Part shown: one piece after another, positions 13,234 to 25,871 of the stretch
How positions within the stretch are numbered: the stretch's first letter is position 1
Layout: each line of letters opens with the position of its first letter
Source: Psilocybe cubensis
Taxonomy: Eukaryota
Reading direction: 5' to 3'
DNA length: 64,000 nucleotides
Assembly (NCBI GenBank): GCA_017499595.2
Contig: CM038999.1
Span: 1,240,001 to 1,304,000 of the forward strand
Made by a program: the position numbers and the translations under genes
Notes under the pieces: model-generated
Databases searched by the model: none
Seen by the model: only the letters and a program-made list of their open reading frames with translations
What the model was told of the DNA's origin: nothing

Positions 13234-15345
13234 ATGAACTCCGTGTTGGATTTGTGGAACTTCAAACTCAATGGTGGCCACCACAAAAAGTACCTCAAGT
13301 CCCCGGTTCCATATCTTCTGAAGGGCAATGATGCGCCAACGGATGAAGAGATCTTCCTCATCCATACAGCCCTCCGTAAAACTGAGTCAAAAATAATGAC
13401 ACTGGAGCCGAAAGACGGCTACATTCGCGATCGTTACAACAATTACTTTCAATCTCACTTGAATTTGCTGTCGCCATTACGCCGCATTCCGACGGAGATA
13501 TTGGTTGAGATATTTTACCATGTTTTAGAGGTACCGGCGGATCCGCTATACAATAGTCCCCCGTGGAAACTTGGGCATATATGTCGACTTTGGAGACGCA
13601 TCGCATTAGATACCCCTTGGCTATGGGCAGCGCTTCCTCCAGTTCGTCTGCACGGTAATTTCAACGTTGTGGAATCACGGTCGAAACTAGACTGCCTATC
13701 GGTGTTATTGAAAAGGTCATCGACGCAGAAAATTTCGTTTTACTCTGCGATGCAACAAGCTCTCCCTTCCATTGGCAAGGCAATATTGTCCCTGCTAATC
13801 GAGCACTCAAATCGCTGGGAACGGATTTCCCTTGATATTTCCGATTTCAATTGGGCACATCTTTCTTCGATTAAAGGACGTCTTGAGTCCTTGCGTTCTT
13901 TAAAGCTAAAACTCCTGCCCTTCTCTGGCAGGCTAATGGGCGATCTGGATACATTTAAACTTGCACCGGCTTTGCGAGAAGTATGCCTCTCCGCCCAGGT
14001 TTTTAACAGTGTAATTGGACTTCCTCGTTCGCAATTACAGAGCTTCGCAGGGGAAATCCCTGGTTCCGATTTCAATAACGCATTGTCGATGTACCCGAAA
14101 ATCGAGAAACTCAGTTTGATCCCCTTGGATTGTCCACGTATTCATTATGCGAGCGGTATACCTAAGCCACTCACTTCCTTAAAGCTTTTGGTAATTCAAA
14201 GGTTGCCTAACCAGATGCCAGAGCGCGACCTTAATCTCAACTCACTATACCTTCCAGCATTGGAAGAATTGATAATTAACTATCCACGTCAAGAGTCTTA
14301 CGGCCAGGACATTGTGCGAATGATATCTGTGTCCCAGTGCAGGCTTCGCAAGCTTGTTTTAGGCTTTTCAGAACTTGAGCCACAAGTGATTCTGGATATC
14401 CTCATTATATGCCCTTCTCTGGTCGACTTCGACATCGTTATTTCCAACGACGCATTTTTGCATACTCTGTGTGTCTACTATAACTCAGAAATTGATCGCT
14501 CCATCTCTACAATCTTTAACGTTACGCATTTCAAGTCCCAATAGAGCCATTTTCGACGCTATCAAAAACTTGGCTCAAAGCCGGTGCGATATGGTAGAAA
14601 CAGACTTTCCGAACCAGGCAAATGCCAATTCCAAAGGACACTGTCGCTTGAAAACCCTCAAGGTGGACACCCGACCGGATGCGTTCGTGTTTGACGGCGA
14701 AGAAGCAGCTTCCTACTACTTTGGTCTGGAGACCGCCCTGGAGTCCGTCGACCAAACTACCCATAAAATTGCCAGGCAGCTTACCGCTATCAAGTTCGCC
14801 GACAGTGACACTGCCATGCTTCGAAGAGGACGTTCCGAACGCGTCCTGAAGCTAATTGAAGAGGTCTTATTATGCATGGAGAAGGTGAGTGAAACGGCAG
14901 GTCTCGAAGTCATTGTGAGTTTCTATGTATGTATAGTTCTTCCTTTCTACAAAAATTCTTGTTCTCATGTCTTTTAATCAAGCTATCGAAGATGGCGCTC
15001 GATATTCATAAAATACTCTTGACTGTACACATCTACACTGAATCGAAAATATCCTTTTCCAGGAGATTGGACGCAATCTACTCTAGATGGACACTTATCC
15101 TGGAGCAGGTCTCTCACCGGTTGAGATGGGGATGGACTGCAGATGGTTGCCTTCTTTACCTTTCCCCTGTCGATGGTCAGTTCATTCTGACTGTAGCTTT
15201 GCTTCACAACATTCATAACTCTTTCTTTTCTTATTATTTCTCTTTAGCATCTTGCCGGAAGCAGGTTCATTTCGGATTTGAGGGGGACTTCTATACGAAA
15301 CAACCGCAAAGTGGAGAATATGCATTTTATTGGCCTTCCAGCTGA
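13234..15345 (+). pseudogene. Agaricales-type F-box-like / LRR-like protein with apparent +1 frameshift near 14470 (pseudogene or sequence error)
   Basis: LSPLRRIPTEILVEIF...PPWKLGHICRLWRRIALDTPWLW F-box-like motif. ORF 13234-14544 overlaps ORF 14471-14977, which carries the expected continuation (LIAPSLQSLTL). Further introns near 14915 and 15176. Confidence 0.7.
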
Positions 15346-15947
15346 ATATTGCACTAGGCGAACATGTACTTCCTTTGGGCAGACTTTGTGTATGAATGAT
15401 ATGTATTAATCAAGATCAATGAGTACATGAATTAAGTGCGGTAATTTGGATTCTACAGGCACAAGGCTCAGCAGAGGATACAATAGCATTGATTAAAAAG
15501 GAGTGTGCTATACCCAGAAGATGGCAAATGGGCGGTGTAAAGGGATTTAAGAAATCTCCGCGGCGCGGTTCTTTTGTGGTTGAGGTTGTTGATGATGATG
15601 ATGAATGTGGATGTGATGAAGATGAGGAATGAGGTGATGTTGCGGGGGTTCCAGTCCGGTGTGAAATGAGGAGTCCAGAAATAATGAATCTTGAATGGGG
15701 CTATGAAAACAAAAGATCGAGCTCGAGGCTGGAGTGCTATAGATATTTGGATGCAATGATGCGAAAATATTGATACACAATTGAATTGATGTTGAGAAAT
15801 TTGAACGTTATTGATGCTCCTTCCAGTTCTAGAAATTGGATTGAAGTCGGATGAATGTGGAGTAAGAAAAAAAACTTCTAAATTGGCACGCTCCTGTCCG
15901 AATGGCGAATAATGTAAGAAATAGGTATGTGGCAAGTAATGTAAAAT

Positions 15948-18636
15948 CTATGTGGGTTTGACTGTTGGCGATGTCGGCAGACCCTCTTCCTCCTCCTCTA
16001 TGTCCGAGTGTCGTTGCTGATGAGATTGCTGCTGAGCTCTCACAGAGGTATTTCTAGACACGGCCCCACCGTGGCTACTTTCAGAAGGAGATGAGGGTGG
16101 TATAGGAGATGGGCTCATCTGCGTCGATGGATACCCGTGCCCAAAACTAGATCCAGCTGGCGATCCAGGTTGGCTCATATGGAAACTCCAACGCCGCGGC
16201 AACAAGCTTCCAACAGTGATCGTCCCAGAGTCGCGAGAATACAAACTGGGGGGCTCCATCGTCGTTACCGTCGTCGTTGGGGATATTGGGAAAGAAGTGA
16301 GGAGGTACGGCTCAAACGCGCCGTTATTTTCAGGTGTTGGATTCATAGGCCGCCCGCGAGCGATCTCTTCGATGTCCTCACCATCGGCCACAACGTACGG
16401 CAGGCTCACACCAGAGTCGTTATCGCCCCCTACACCATTCGAGGTTGCGGCGACACGCAGGTTCTTCTCATTGAGATTGCTCCGCGTGCTGCCACTTTGT
16501 GTCCCGCGAATACCTTTCTCGAGCATCGACCCTTCAGAATTGACAGGAGAGTCAAGTATTGACGGTTGTGTGCGCTTCTTGAGCCCTAGGAGTTGGGCAA
16601 ACGCCAGAACCGTGTGCCACGTGATGTTACCAATGACGATGAGCACCGCCACGGACCACGCTAAAGCGACGACAATGCCAATGACGACGCGCGGGATGGC
16701 CTTAACCTGTAGCTTCTCGAGGAATGCAATCATCAACCCGGTGCAAACAAACCGTGTTATAGAAAGATAGGTGTTGAACACATCTCCGCCCCTCGTTTTG
16801 GCTGGCTTCAGTGCAAAGTGCGCGCAGACCAGGCCGAACTCGACGACGAGCAGGAGCGCGATTTGCGCCTCGGCTGAAGATTTAGCGAACGAGATAAATA
16901 TAGCTCGGAGGACGAATGCGATCAACAATGGGACAAAGAAATAGTACCGGGGTGATCGGTACTGCGCGAACAATGGACCATTGCGTGAAAGGGATTGTGT
17001 ACCCGGCGTGTACAGTGCGACAGGAGATTCCTGGCGCGCGAGGCGCAGTGTCAGGAACGAGGGATATAAGATAAGGGCGGAGATGGCGATCAGTGTCAGC
17101 ACTGAAAGAAAGATTGATAACCATGAGTCCTTGAGCGTCCATTGGTAGAAGATGAAAATAAAGAGTGGGAAGACAGCCACAAGTCCCTATATAGAACAGC
17201 AATCAGTCAGATCTCCAAAAGGCTAGATATAAGCGGCGTAGATTTACCAAGCGCAGGAACCAAGAAACAGCGAATGAGATATAATCGAAGTTCATGAATA
17301 TGCTGGCGACGCGTGAGTTCACTTGCTTTCGTTCTAGCAGGAATCTTATGCCATATCCGATGGCGAAAACACCAAACGCGATGACAAACATGATTAAGGA
17401 GACGAGAAACACGGTCATAAACGCGTTAGCCGTCGCAATATGTTTGGTGTTGACATATATGGGAATTCCAGCTTGAAGAACGTTGGAAGTAGCAGAAGTG
17501 ACGGTCTGCACGACGCCATTCACGATAGTTTCGAAGGCGTTGGAGCGATGCTCCGAAGATGAAAGTGAAGACAGATCAACTGTGAAGTTGGAAGACAAAT
17601 TACTGTACGCGTTGATGATTTCCCGACTTGACAGGGGTTGGTTGTATGGGCTCAGTTTCCGATTGACAAAGCCAACGGCTGACCCCTCGATTTCGTCAGC
17701 GAGATTACCTCCAGTGAGGCGACGCATATTATTGATAGAGTTCTGGAAGCCAGAGTTGGGGCCAGAGGTGAGAAGCCCCATCGCCCACGCAAAGTTGAGT
17801 GCATACGCGCGATATACTGATGGGTAATTCAGGCTAAGGAATGCACTGGACGAAATAGTTTGGAAGAGATACATGAGCTCAAGAAGACGGAATGGGATGA
17901 TGGATTGTGGGGATACAATGGTTTGCCACAGAGCCACAGAGAGTGCAGCAAGAGTGACGCCACCTGTCGTCCACTCCACAGCTGGTTGATGAGCGGAGCG
18001 TCCATTGGAGAGAGTTGCTTGTACGCAGGCTCTGACGTTTCCAGTCTTGGGTTCCGTCAGAGTCAATTGTGCGAATCCCTCGAGGTCTGGAATCTTGTAG
18101 GCTATGCCTGGAATTTTTTGCAACACTTCCAGTGATGATGGTAGCGTGATTGAGTCCGCTCCTGTGAAATTGTACATCGGGAGAGGACACAGTGCTCCTC
18201 CCAAAAGGCCACAGAGGTCGAGGGTAATATTGACAGGCTTCATGCCGTAAACATTGAGGAAAACATTGGCAGATACGTTGACATTAGCTTGCTGCAAGAA
18301 TTCATTGTGACGTCAATGACTGAAGTCCCAAAATTTTTTTTTAAAAAACGCACCACACTTGCAGCAGATACGTTGAAGGAAACCGACCGATTACCGGGGA
18401 AATACGCGAGCTCGAATCGTTGAATGAGGAGTGTTTCCGGTGGATTGCAGTATGTTACAGACGATGTGACTATCACGTCGAAATGAATTTGTCAGTCACT
18501 GTGAAGGGAATGCCACTGCGCAGTGACGAACCAGACACTCACATATGGACTCCTCTTGAGAATAAGCATAGGGTATCAACGTTAAAATAAAGATAAGGAA
18601 GGCAAAGACTCGCGGCCAGGCGAGGGGAGAAGACAT
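15948..18636 (-). CDS. TRP-like / flavin carrier (FLC/Pkd2 family) membrane protein with N-terminal ML-like domain
   Basis: Signal peptide MSSPLAWPRVFAFLIFILTLIPYAYS (ATG 18636). Motifs TSSVTYCNP, DLCGLLGGALCPLP, IPGIAYKIPDLE, ACVQATLSNG, NFAWAMGL. Multiple TM helices and a Ser/Pro-rich tail. Confidence 0.88.
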
Positions 18637-19697
18637 GAGTGAACCAACTGGGGAGCGTAGGAGCTAGGGGGGTACGCGAGTCGGCGAGGTGTGCTGTCTT
18701 TATTACGGGGACAAGCATCAGCGGATATGAGATAATCTGGGTGGCCATTGTACTTTACCTTCTAGCGTGTGTAGGTACTGGCCGAGAAAACAACAAAGTT
18801 ATTGTTCTTTTGTACGAGCAATGGGGTAACCACGAGTTGTTTGAATGGAGACTTCCTTGATTTTTGGAGATTGGTGAGGCCCTGCGGATTTGAGAGAGAC
18901 TTATAACGAAAGACTTGTTGCGTGCATCCGGCGTGGAGGGCGGTGCTGAGGACACTGAAGTACGAAGGTAAGGAACGAGGTATGGGTTCGGAGAGCGATA
19001 AAGTAGGGAACCACAAGGATATACGACCGGACAAAGATAGAAACGTCCACCGTTTCTTGTTACCCCATTTGTCTTGCCCGCAACCACATTGTCCGCGACG
19101 CGTCCCTTGACTGTGGCCTCGCCCTCAACATGTTTTTTCAATAATGGAGACTCAGTATCTACCTTCTCCGTCGCTTGAGATGCCAATTCGTGTTTGAATT
19201 ACATTGCTGATTATTCTCGTGCCACACTTAGCACCAATGTTGACATCAGTCATGATTTATCACCAACCAGCTCGCCTGCCAACTCTACCGGCGTATCTTC
19301 TCCGACGGCATTGGATAGTGCTAGACAAATAGCAGGCGGCTTTGATTTGTCTAATGTGCGGTAACATAGCCCAAGAGACGCGTGTAATTAATTAACCTCG
19401 TTTCACAAGTTTATTTGCCCTCTAACCTAACCCTCTTAAGTGGGCATTGGGTGCGTGTAAATGGGAATATTCTAGCAATTACGACACCCAAAATACTTTA
19501 TTCGTACTGGTCGAATTGTCCCAACCGAGCAGGGATTCAAAGTAAATAAGTAAGGGCGAGAGCAACGGTCATCTCGTGGACTCGACGGAGTTGAGGTAGT
19601 AGATAGTAATTCCCACGACATTGTTCTGACCGGAAAAGCCCGCCACGTCCCGAGTTTTTGCGTGTCGTCGACGTCCTCATCGTTCCGCTCATTAGAT

Positions 19698-20447
19698 ATG
19701 TTACTCGCCTCAGCCGCACGAACAGTGTCCGCCGCCCCAGGATTGGGCCGTCGCGCTGCCTCTGCCATCGCCCCCAAATACTCCAAGGCTGTCTTCGGTG
19801 CTGCCCTCGCCAAATCCCCTGCAACCCTCACCAAAGTCCACGCCGACCTCGCTGCCTTCTCCGCCGCCCTCAAGAAGGATGCTGAAGTTGCCAACTTTGT
19901 GAACAACCCCACATTGTCTTCGCAGGAACGCGCCAAGGGCCTCCAGGCTGTCTTCTCCAAACTCGAGGGCGCTGGCGCGAAGAAGGATGCCTTCTCCGAT
20001 ATTTCTAAGAATCTGCTCACTGTGTTGTCGGAGAATGGAAGGCTGGTTGAGACCGAGAGTGTCATTGAGGGATTCAACGAGCTCTTTGCTGAGTACAAGG
20101 GCGAGCTGACCGTCACCGTCACGTCTGCCACTCCTTTGCCAAAGGATGTCCTCAACCGTCTCGAGACGTCTTTGAAGCAGTCGCAAACCGCCCAGGCTGC
20201 CAAGGTTCTCAAGATCACCAACAAGGTGTGTTCCAAATATCTTTATTTTCTGTAATTTTGCCCATTCATTTGCGTCAGGTCAACCCTAGTATTCTTGGAG
20301 GACTGATTGTTGACTTCGGTGACAAGACCGTTGACTTGAGCGTTCAATCCCGTGTCACCAAGCTCAACAATGTCCTGACACGTACGTTTTATGCATTTTA
20401 TCAATTCAACCAGTATGAAGCTGAACTATTGCTTAGAGTCTGTTTAA
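19698..20447 (+). CDS. ATP5: Mitochondrial ATP synthase subunit 5 (OSCP)
   Basis: Presequence MLLASAARTV..., then NLLTVLSENGRL, VTVTSATPL and VNPSILGGLIVDFGDKTVDLSV. Two introns. High-expression-type codon bias. Confidence 0.95.
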
Positions 20448-21720
20448 CTCTATACCTCGATAGAGATGTCGTCTGTACTCGCTGCACCTTAGATGTCGCG
20501 TTTCACGCAAAATATTTTAATGGAACTTGGACTCTGTGTGAAACATGAGAAGGAAGTCTTGCTCCCGAAAGAGCTTGCGATGACAATTTAGAAATTGTTC
20601 GCTGGGATTCATGGCAAACGGTTGCAGACGAAATATCTTGGTATGTATCTTCTCTAAACTTCCCGCCTGAGCACTTCGCTTCGCATTCGTTCCAAACCCA
20701 ACCCGAGCCTTCATTCCAGTGGGTCGAAACCCCGCGGAATACATATTACTCTGGGCTATCTGGCGCCAACCCTGCAACTCGTTATTGCACGGCTTTTACA
20801 CAAATCCACCGGTCTCATGAGCTCGCGAAGCGCACATAAACGAAGATAAAGTGGCCGTACGATCCCCAGTCCCGCTCAACAACCATGTTGTATTCTTTCT
20901 TGATCGCGGGGGTGCTCAATAATCTATATTCTCGCGCCGATATCTCCACCTCCAAGACTGTTTAGAGAGCTCTTCAACGCACATGTGGTAGGGCAACGAA
21001 GGCCTACTGATCAGTGAATAGGTAATAGCACTATGGATGGCTGCGATCCGTGCTGCGTCTTCTTCAGTGTCTGAAAGCACGTTCCAATCTAGAATCATGT
21101 TTGCTTTGTCGCCCTGGTCGGACATGATTTGGATTCCAGAAGGGTTCCCGAGATATTTGACGACTCTAGGGCTAACTGTTAATCTCGTTTGAAGATTTGA
21201 GCCTCTAAATTCGTGAGCTAACTGTTTGTTATTTTGGTTTCCATTTCCGAAGAAAAATATAATCACTGAGATTTCAACTCTCTCGTTAAACATTACTTCA
21301 GGTGCTGCACGACAATCTGCCCATGGAAGCTAACTACTTGAATATATTTGAAGGCCCCGGCAACGACACGGCAGAAGGCAGGAGACAAAGGTTCATCAAG
21401 GTTTTCAAAAACTCAAAGCATAATTTCCGGCGTATTACAGCCCCCAACAACTACAACAGCCTTTTTAGTGCATGAACTTCTCGGTATCTTGATGACGTTC
21501 TCAAAGCTTTTGAGTCAAGTCTCTCAACGCCGCCCATTGGAAGATTGAGTCGTGAGATCGGCTATTGATGATTTGGCGGCCTTCATTTCTTCCCATAGTG
21601 TTTGGAGGCTGAGACAATTCTCAGCAACCAAGTTAAGACGCATACCCTGGTTCTCGTGGGTATGCCGAAAAAAAGTGTTTCCCACTTTTATCAGACTCTC
21701 GTTGAGAGAAAATTTGAAGC

Positions 21721-22539
21721 ATGGCGAGTCCTCTCATCCGTATACCGTTTGTTGTAGCTGCTGCCGTTGCGCTGTACAGAGCAGCTACACCCCCTCATCC
21801 ACCTTCAAGCGTTGAAGAAAAGGCGCCTTCGACCTCTCTAGAAGGTTACTTGAAGTCAAATATTACATCTCATGTGATAAAAGTGAGTTCCTCTGCCCAT
21901 TCCAAATAACTCACTCACCTCTCTCTAGGTTTCTTGTTTGCTCAACGCTCTCGCTGAAGTGGCCGTGATCCTGGGCACACATTATCCGCGAAATCCATTG
22001 ACTGACCCCTTATTGTCTTCCCTCGTCTGTAACGATATAGCGAACGCACAGAATATTCGCCTGACCTTCGCATTCTTTCTCGGAACTTGCATGGTGATCG
22101 CAGGCTCATATCTTCGTTTGGCATGCTATCGCGCACTGGGGCATCTTTTTACCTTTGAGATGAGCATTCGGAAAGGTCATCGTCTAGTCACCAGTGGTCC
22201 GTATGGTATTGTGCGTCACCCAGGGTATACAGGGACCCTATTGATCATGTGTGGGATTTTGCTCTGGCAGTGCAGCTCCGTGAGTAAGCATTTTTTACCA
22301 CTATGTATTTGCCTGTTAACATTCTGCGGAAGGGCTCTTGGATGGTGGAATGCAATGTCTTGCAATCTACTATTGGCAGGCTAGCTGCATTTCTAAATAT
22401 CGCTCCTATCACAATGGTGACCATTGGACTGCTTCAGCGTATGTTCAAAGAAGATGAACAATTGCAAAAAACATTTGGCAGGCAGTGGGATGATTGGGCA
22501 AAGAGGGTACCTTATTTGATTATTCCTTGGCTATATTAG
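21721..22539 (+). CDS. Isoprenylcysteine carboxyl methyltransferase (ICMT/Ste14)-like membrane methyltransferase
   Basis: LGHLFTFEMSIRKGHRLVTSGPYGIVRHPGYTG and RMFKEDEQLQKTFGRQWDDWAKRVPYLIIP motifs; two introns. Confidence 0.85.
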
Positions 22540-22989
22540 CTTTGATATAGTTCCAACCAGTTTGATGTGTAATTCATACCTTATTCAATTCGCCGCTTTG
22601 CTATGACCAACATCAACTAAATAGGCAGTAGATTACAATACAATGTAAACCAATACAATAATTTTTTAGTCTTACAAATCCACCCAATTTTTGGGGCCCG
22701 GTTTACAATGTCAAGCAATAGTTTTATTAGGTTAGAAAGTGGTCATAATTATTCAATTTAAATTTTTATTCATTTGAGTATAGTAGTAGGGACATGTTAT
22801 GTGTGTACATTGAAAGCGCATGCAATATCGGACTAGTGTGCGTGCACGGTCAAACAAAATCAGCAGATATCGGAGCTCCAAAATCAAATCAAGCGGAGCC
22901 TGAACTCACTTGAAGTCCCGCTGCAAGCAAATCACGTCCACTTTGTTTGCTTTTTTCTAACCACCACAATCCTCTGCCCACGGATATAC

Positions 22990-23400
22990 ATGGGGGCAAG
23001 GTACGTGTATTCATCTTTGTAAATTAATGTCTCCTCCTCGAACTAACATCATACACATCTTCCTTTAACCAAAACAAGTTAGTAGATTATACTTTTTTGG
23101 TGAGTAATAGATAATTCTCACTCGGTGCTCATCAGTACTCACCATATACTAGGACCAACTATCTTGAACACTTGGATGAAGGGTCAGTATTTTAGTCTCT
23201 ATTTAGTGTGCTTTACACTACTAACATTACTTGTGAAAGGTCCCAAACAACCAGACACTTGGATACAGACTTGAAAGCATGTACATGTAAGTATATGCGC
23301 TTTTTATTGGTTTTTGATTCATTTTTTGATGCATATATTTTGGTCCACCATTTCCCGTACCACTTCAGCTGTTCCGAATGCTTGAAGCTGCCTTTTCCCG
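22990..23400 (+). other. Candidate multi-intron transcript (lncRNA or 29-aa micropeptide gene)
   Basis: Four consecutive canonical-looking introns: GTACGT 23001, GTGAGT 23100, GTCAGT 23183, GTAAGT 23287. CTAAC/CTCAC branch sites in the first three; AG acceptors; exons 14-47 nt. Confidence 0.4.
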
Positions 23401-24419
23401 TGTGTCTTCACCATTCATGCCTACTTTGTGTCATTGAGTGTGGGAATTGTCAACTTCAGGTTCTGTTTTGGTGTTGAGGGTCCGGAGCCGTGCGCGCTAG
23501 CATGTGGGTTCAATGTGTCTTATATAGTTGTACTATTTTTATGAATAAATAATCTATTTTTCATTATGATTTTTGTGTGCTCCAAAAGGCATTACGATTG
23601 CAATACCCAGAAATATTGTAAACCTCAAATTAATTTATTCATGCTGCAATATTTCCGGTTTCTTACAACATTTCAAGAGCGTTGTAACGCAGTGCAAGAA
23701 TTTCGAAGAAAAAAATATTTTATTGGGTTTGCAATGCTTTGTAATCTACGCGTACTTTTTATGATGAATATGGAAACTCCGGGACCAAATATGGAAGTTC
23801 TACGACTCTTCAAATTCAAATTTTAAAGCTAGTGATGCCAAACAATTAAGATGAAGGTAAATTATCATGCAATATATGTCCTCATCTTAGAAAATGCTCT
23901 ATGAACTTATTTAACCTCATGATGGAGATCAATCATGCCGCTTTTCAAGGGCCCTTTGATATCTGCTACTATTTGAAATAGTAAATTCAATAGACGCTTG
24001 TCATGTACTTCACGGTATTTCTGTGCGGACGTGTAAGAATAAAAGCAAGTGGGGTTAATTTCTATCTTACACTGACTCGGATCTATAAAAGTTTTTTAAA
24101 ATGTTATTTTTGAGTTGAGTATATGACACGGCCAGAATGATGTGGGGAACATGTAATGGCATAGAGGGCTACAAAACTTAAATTTTGTGGCAGTAGATAT
24201 CATGATACACTGAAATTATTACTAGCTAATCTCGTAGTAAGGTTGGCCACAAATAGCTCGTGCCCAACTCATGCCAGGATGCAACGTGACCATCGCCGCC
24301 GGGGGGCATTGTTCTGTAATCAGTAATAAGCGCCCACCTAATTGTCCTCACGATCATCGCGATTGCACAAAGCAACCCATCCCTTCTTCTCAACGTCGAC
24401 CATCTACATCATTCAAAAT

Positions 24420-25658
24420 ATGAAAATTGATCTTCATTGCTTTTATACACTCTTACTATCGTTTTCAATACTTGCAGTCAATGCAGTACCAAACCTTTCA
24501 CATCGAGGTGAGATGGTGACTCGACGTAATTAGAGTGCTTCTTACTAACACTTGAACGCCTGCCGTTTCATTTATCTGGGAACGCACTTTTTGGTACAGT
24601 ACTTTCAACATTTTATCGTAAGTCTGAGCTCAGACCGCATAAGCCAAGCTGAGTGAATGGTAAACCACAGGGACTTATGTGTCACCTCAAGCATTCACGA
24701 ACGACAATCTAAGTATTACGCTTGCCGACAACTTTTGGGAAATCGCGCAGAAATTAGGAGTTGAGGTGGTGAGATACGCAAATCAAACCCTTGAGGATGA
24801 AGCGTCAAAGTTTGCTGTACCTCTGGAGACGTTGCAAGAGTTAAAACAGGCAGTGAGAAATCTCACTGATAGTGCAGGCGTGTTACAGGTGGTCGACTTG
24901 CCATCTCAAGAAAACTTGACCAAACGTGGTCTAAACGATCAAAAACTGAACATGACGCATTTTTACGAACGATTGGAAGAAGAGGTGGGCAAAATAATCG
25001 ATCAACTCATGGAGGAATTTCAAGAACCTCTTCCTGAAGACGAGACGGAGCGCTATAAGAGACGCAAAGCGGTGGTCGAAAGAGGTCTGGATTTGACGGA
25101 AGGTTGTTTGGTTGTTGTGTATGGAGAATTAGGTATTTCTGAAGTTGAAGCGAGAGAGAGGTTTGGACACATCAAACCGAAATTTGAACGCGTTCTTCTT
25201 ATTATCGGTGAGTAATAGATGATTGTTATGGGTGGCATTTCTTTCATCGTGTCATTTTTCTGTCACTGCACAGTAAATATCATCGACCATCATCCACGTA
25301 TTGTGCGAACAATTCTATTTGCCGTCGCGACATGGATTCTTCCCATTCGTGTGGTGCGCATCATCCTACGCGCTTTTGGCTTGGGGCCAGCCATACGTGG
25401 AAGACGTCAGTAGCAAACTTTTCCACGGTTCGTTCAGCAGTACTAATTGAATTTATAGGAATTGCTACTCGATGGTTGCAAAAGTTTCTTTTCGATGAAG
25501 TAATGGAAGCAGAAATTTGGATGAAAATGCTGTGGGCTGCCAAGGGAAAGGCAAGATGGAGTATTAAAATAATACTTGCTGCGGTTTTGAGATTTGTCAA
25601 AGATTTGGGCTTCCGTGTGTTGGAGGCACTGTTAAACAATGACAATGTTGCGCTTTGA
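24420..25658 (+). CDS. Hypothetical secreted/membrane-associated helical protein
   Basis: Signal peptide MKIDLHCFYTLLLSFSILAVNA, an 18-nt microexon (24600-24617), an acidic helical exon (24671-25208) and hydrophobic/amphipathic C-terminal exons. Exon phases are compatible. Confidence 0.65.
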
Positions 25659-25871
25659 ATTGTTTTTTTTTTTACGTAGCATGACAATACATTCTTTGAA
25701 GTTTGCACACCCTGAGATATTATTTCATTAATATCCCGATGGCGTGTTGGCACGCTATGCAACGTTAAATGTACATGACACTGAAGAGATAAATACTGCA
25801 AGTACACAAACACTGATACAACAATCATAAATTCCCAAAGATAAAAAAACACGTCGAAAGATATGGGCAAA

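Noticed and set aside
16137-17827. Several plus-strand ORFs of 114-184 aa
   Set aside because: Antisense to the FLC/TRP-like gene exons.
12851-19434. Telomere or telomere-fusion relic
   Set aside because: Only two isolated 13-16 nt motifs; more consistent with promoter telobox-like sites or chance.
19472-20236. 254-aa and 158-aa minus-strand ORFs
   Set aside because: Antisense shadows of the strongly codon-biased ATP5 exon; no independent motifs.
21721-24300. Pheromone/mating-type locus or MSDIN-type RiPP precursor near the ICMT-like gene
   Set aside because: No CaaX-terminated short ORF, STE3 receptor or MSDIN leader was seen; the 29-aa candidate peptide has none of these signatures.
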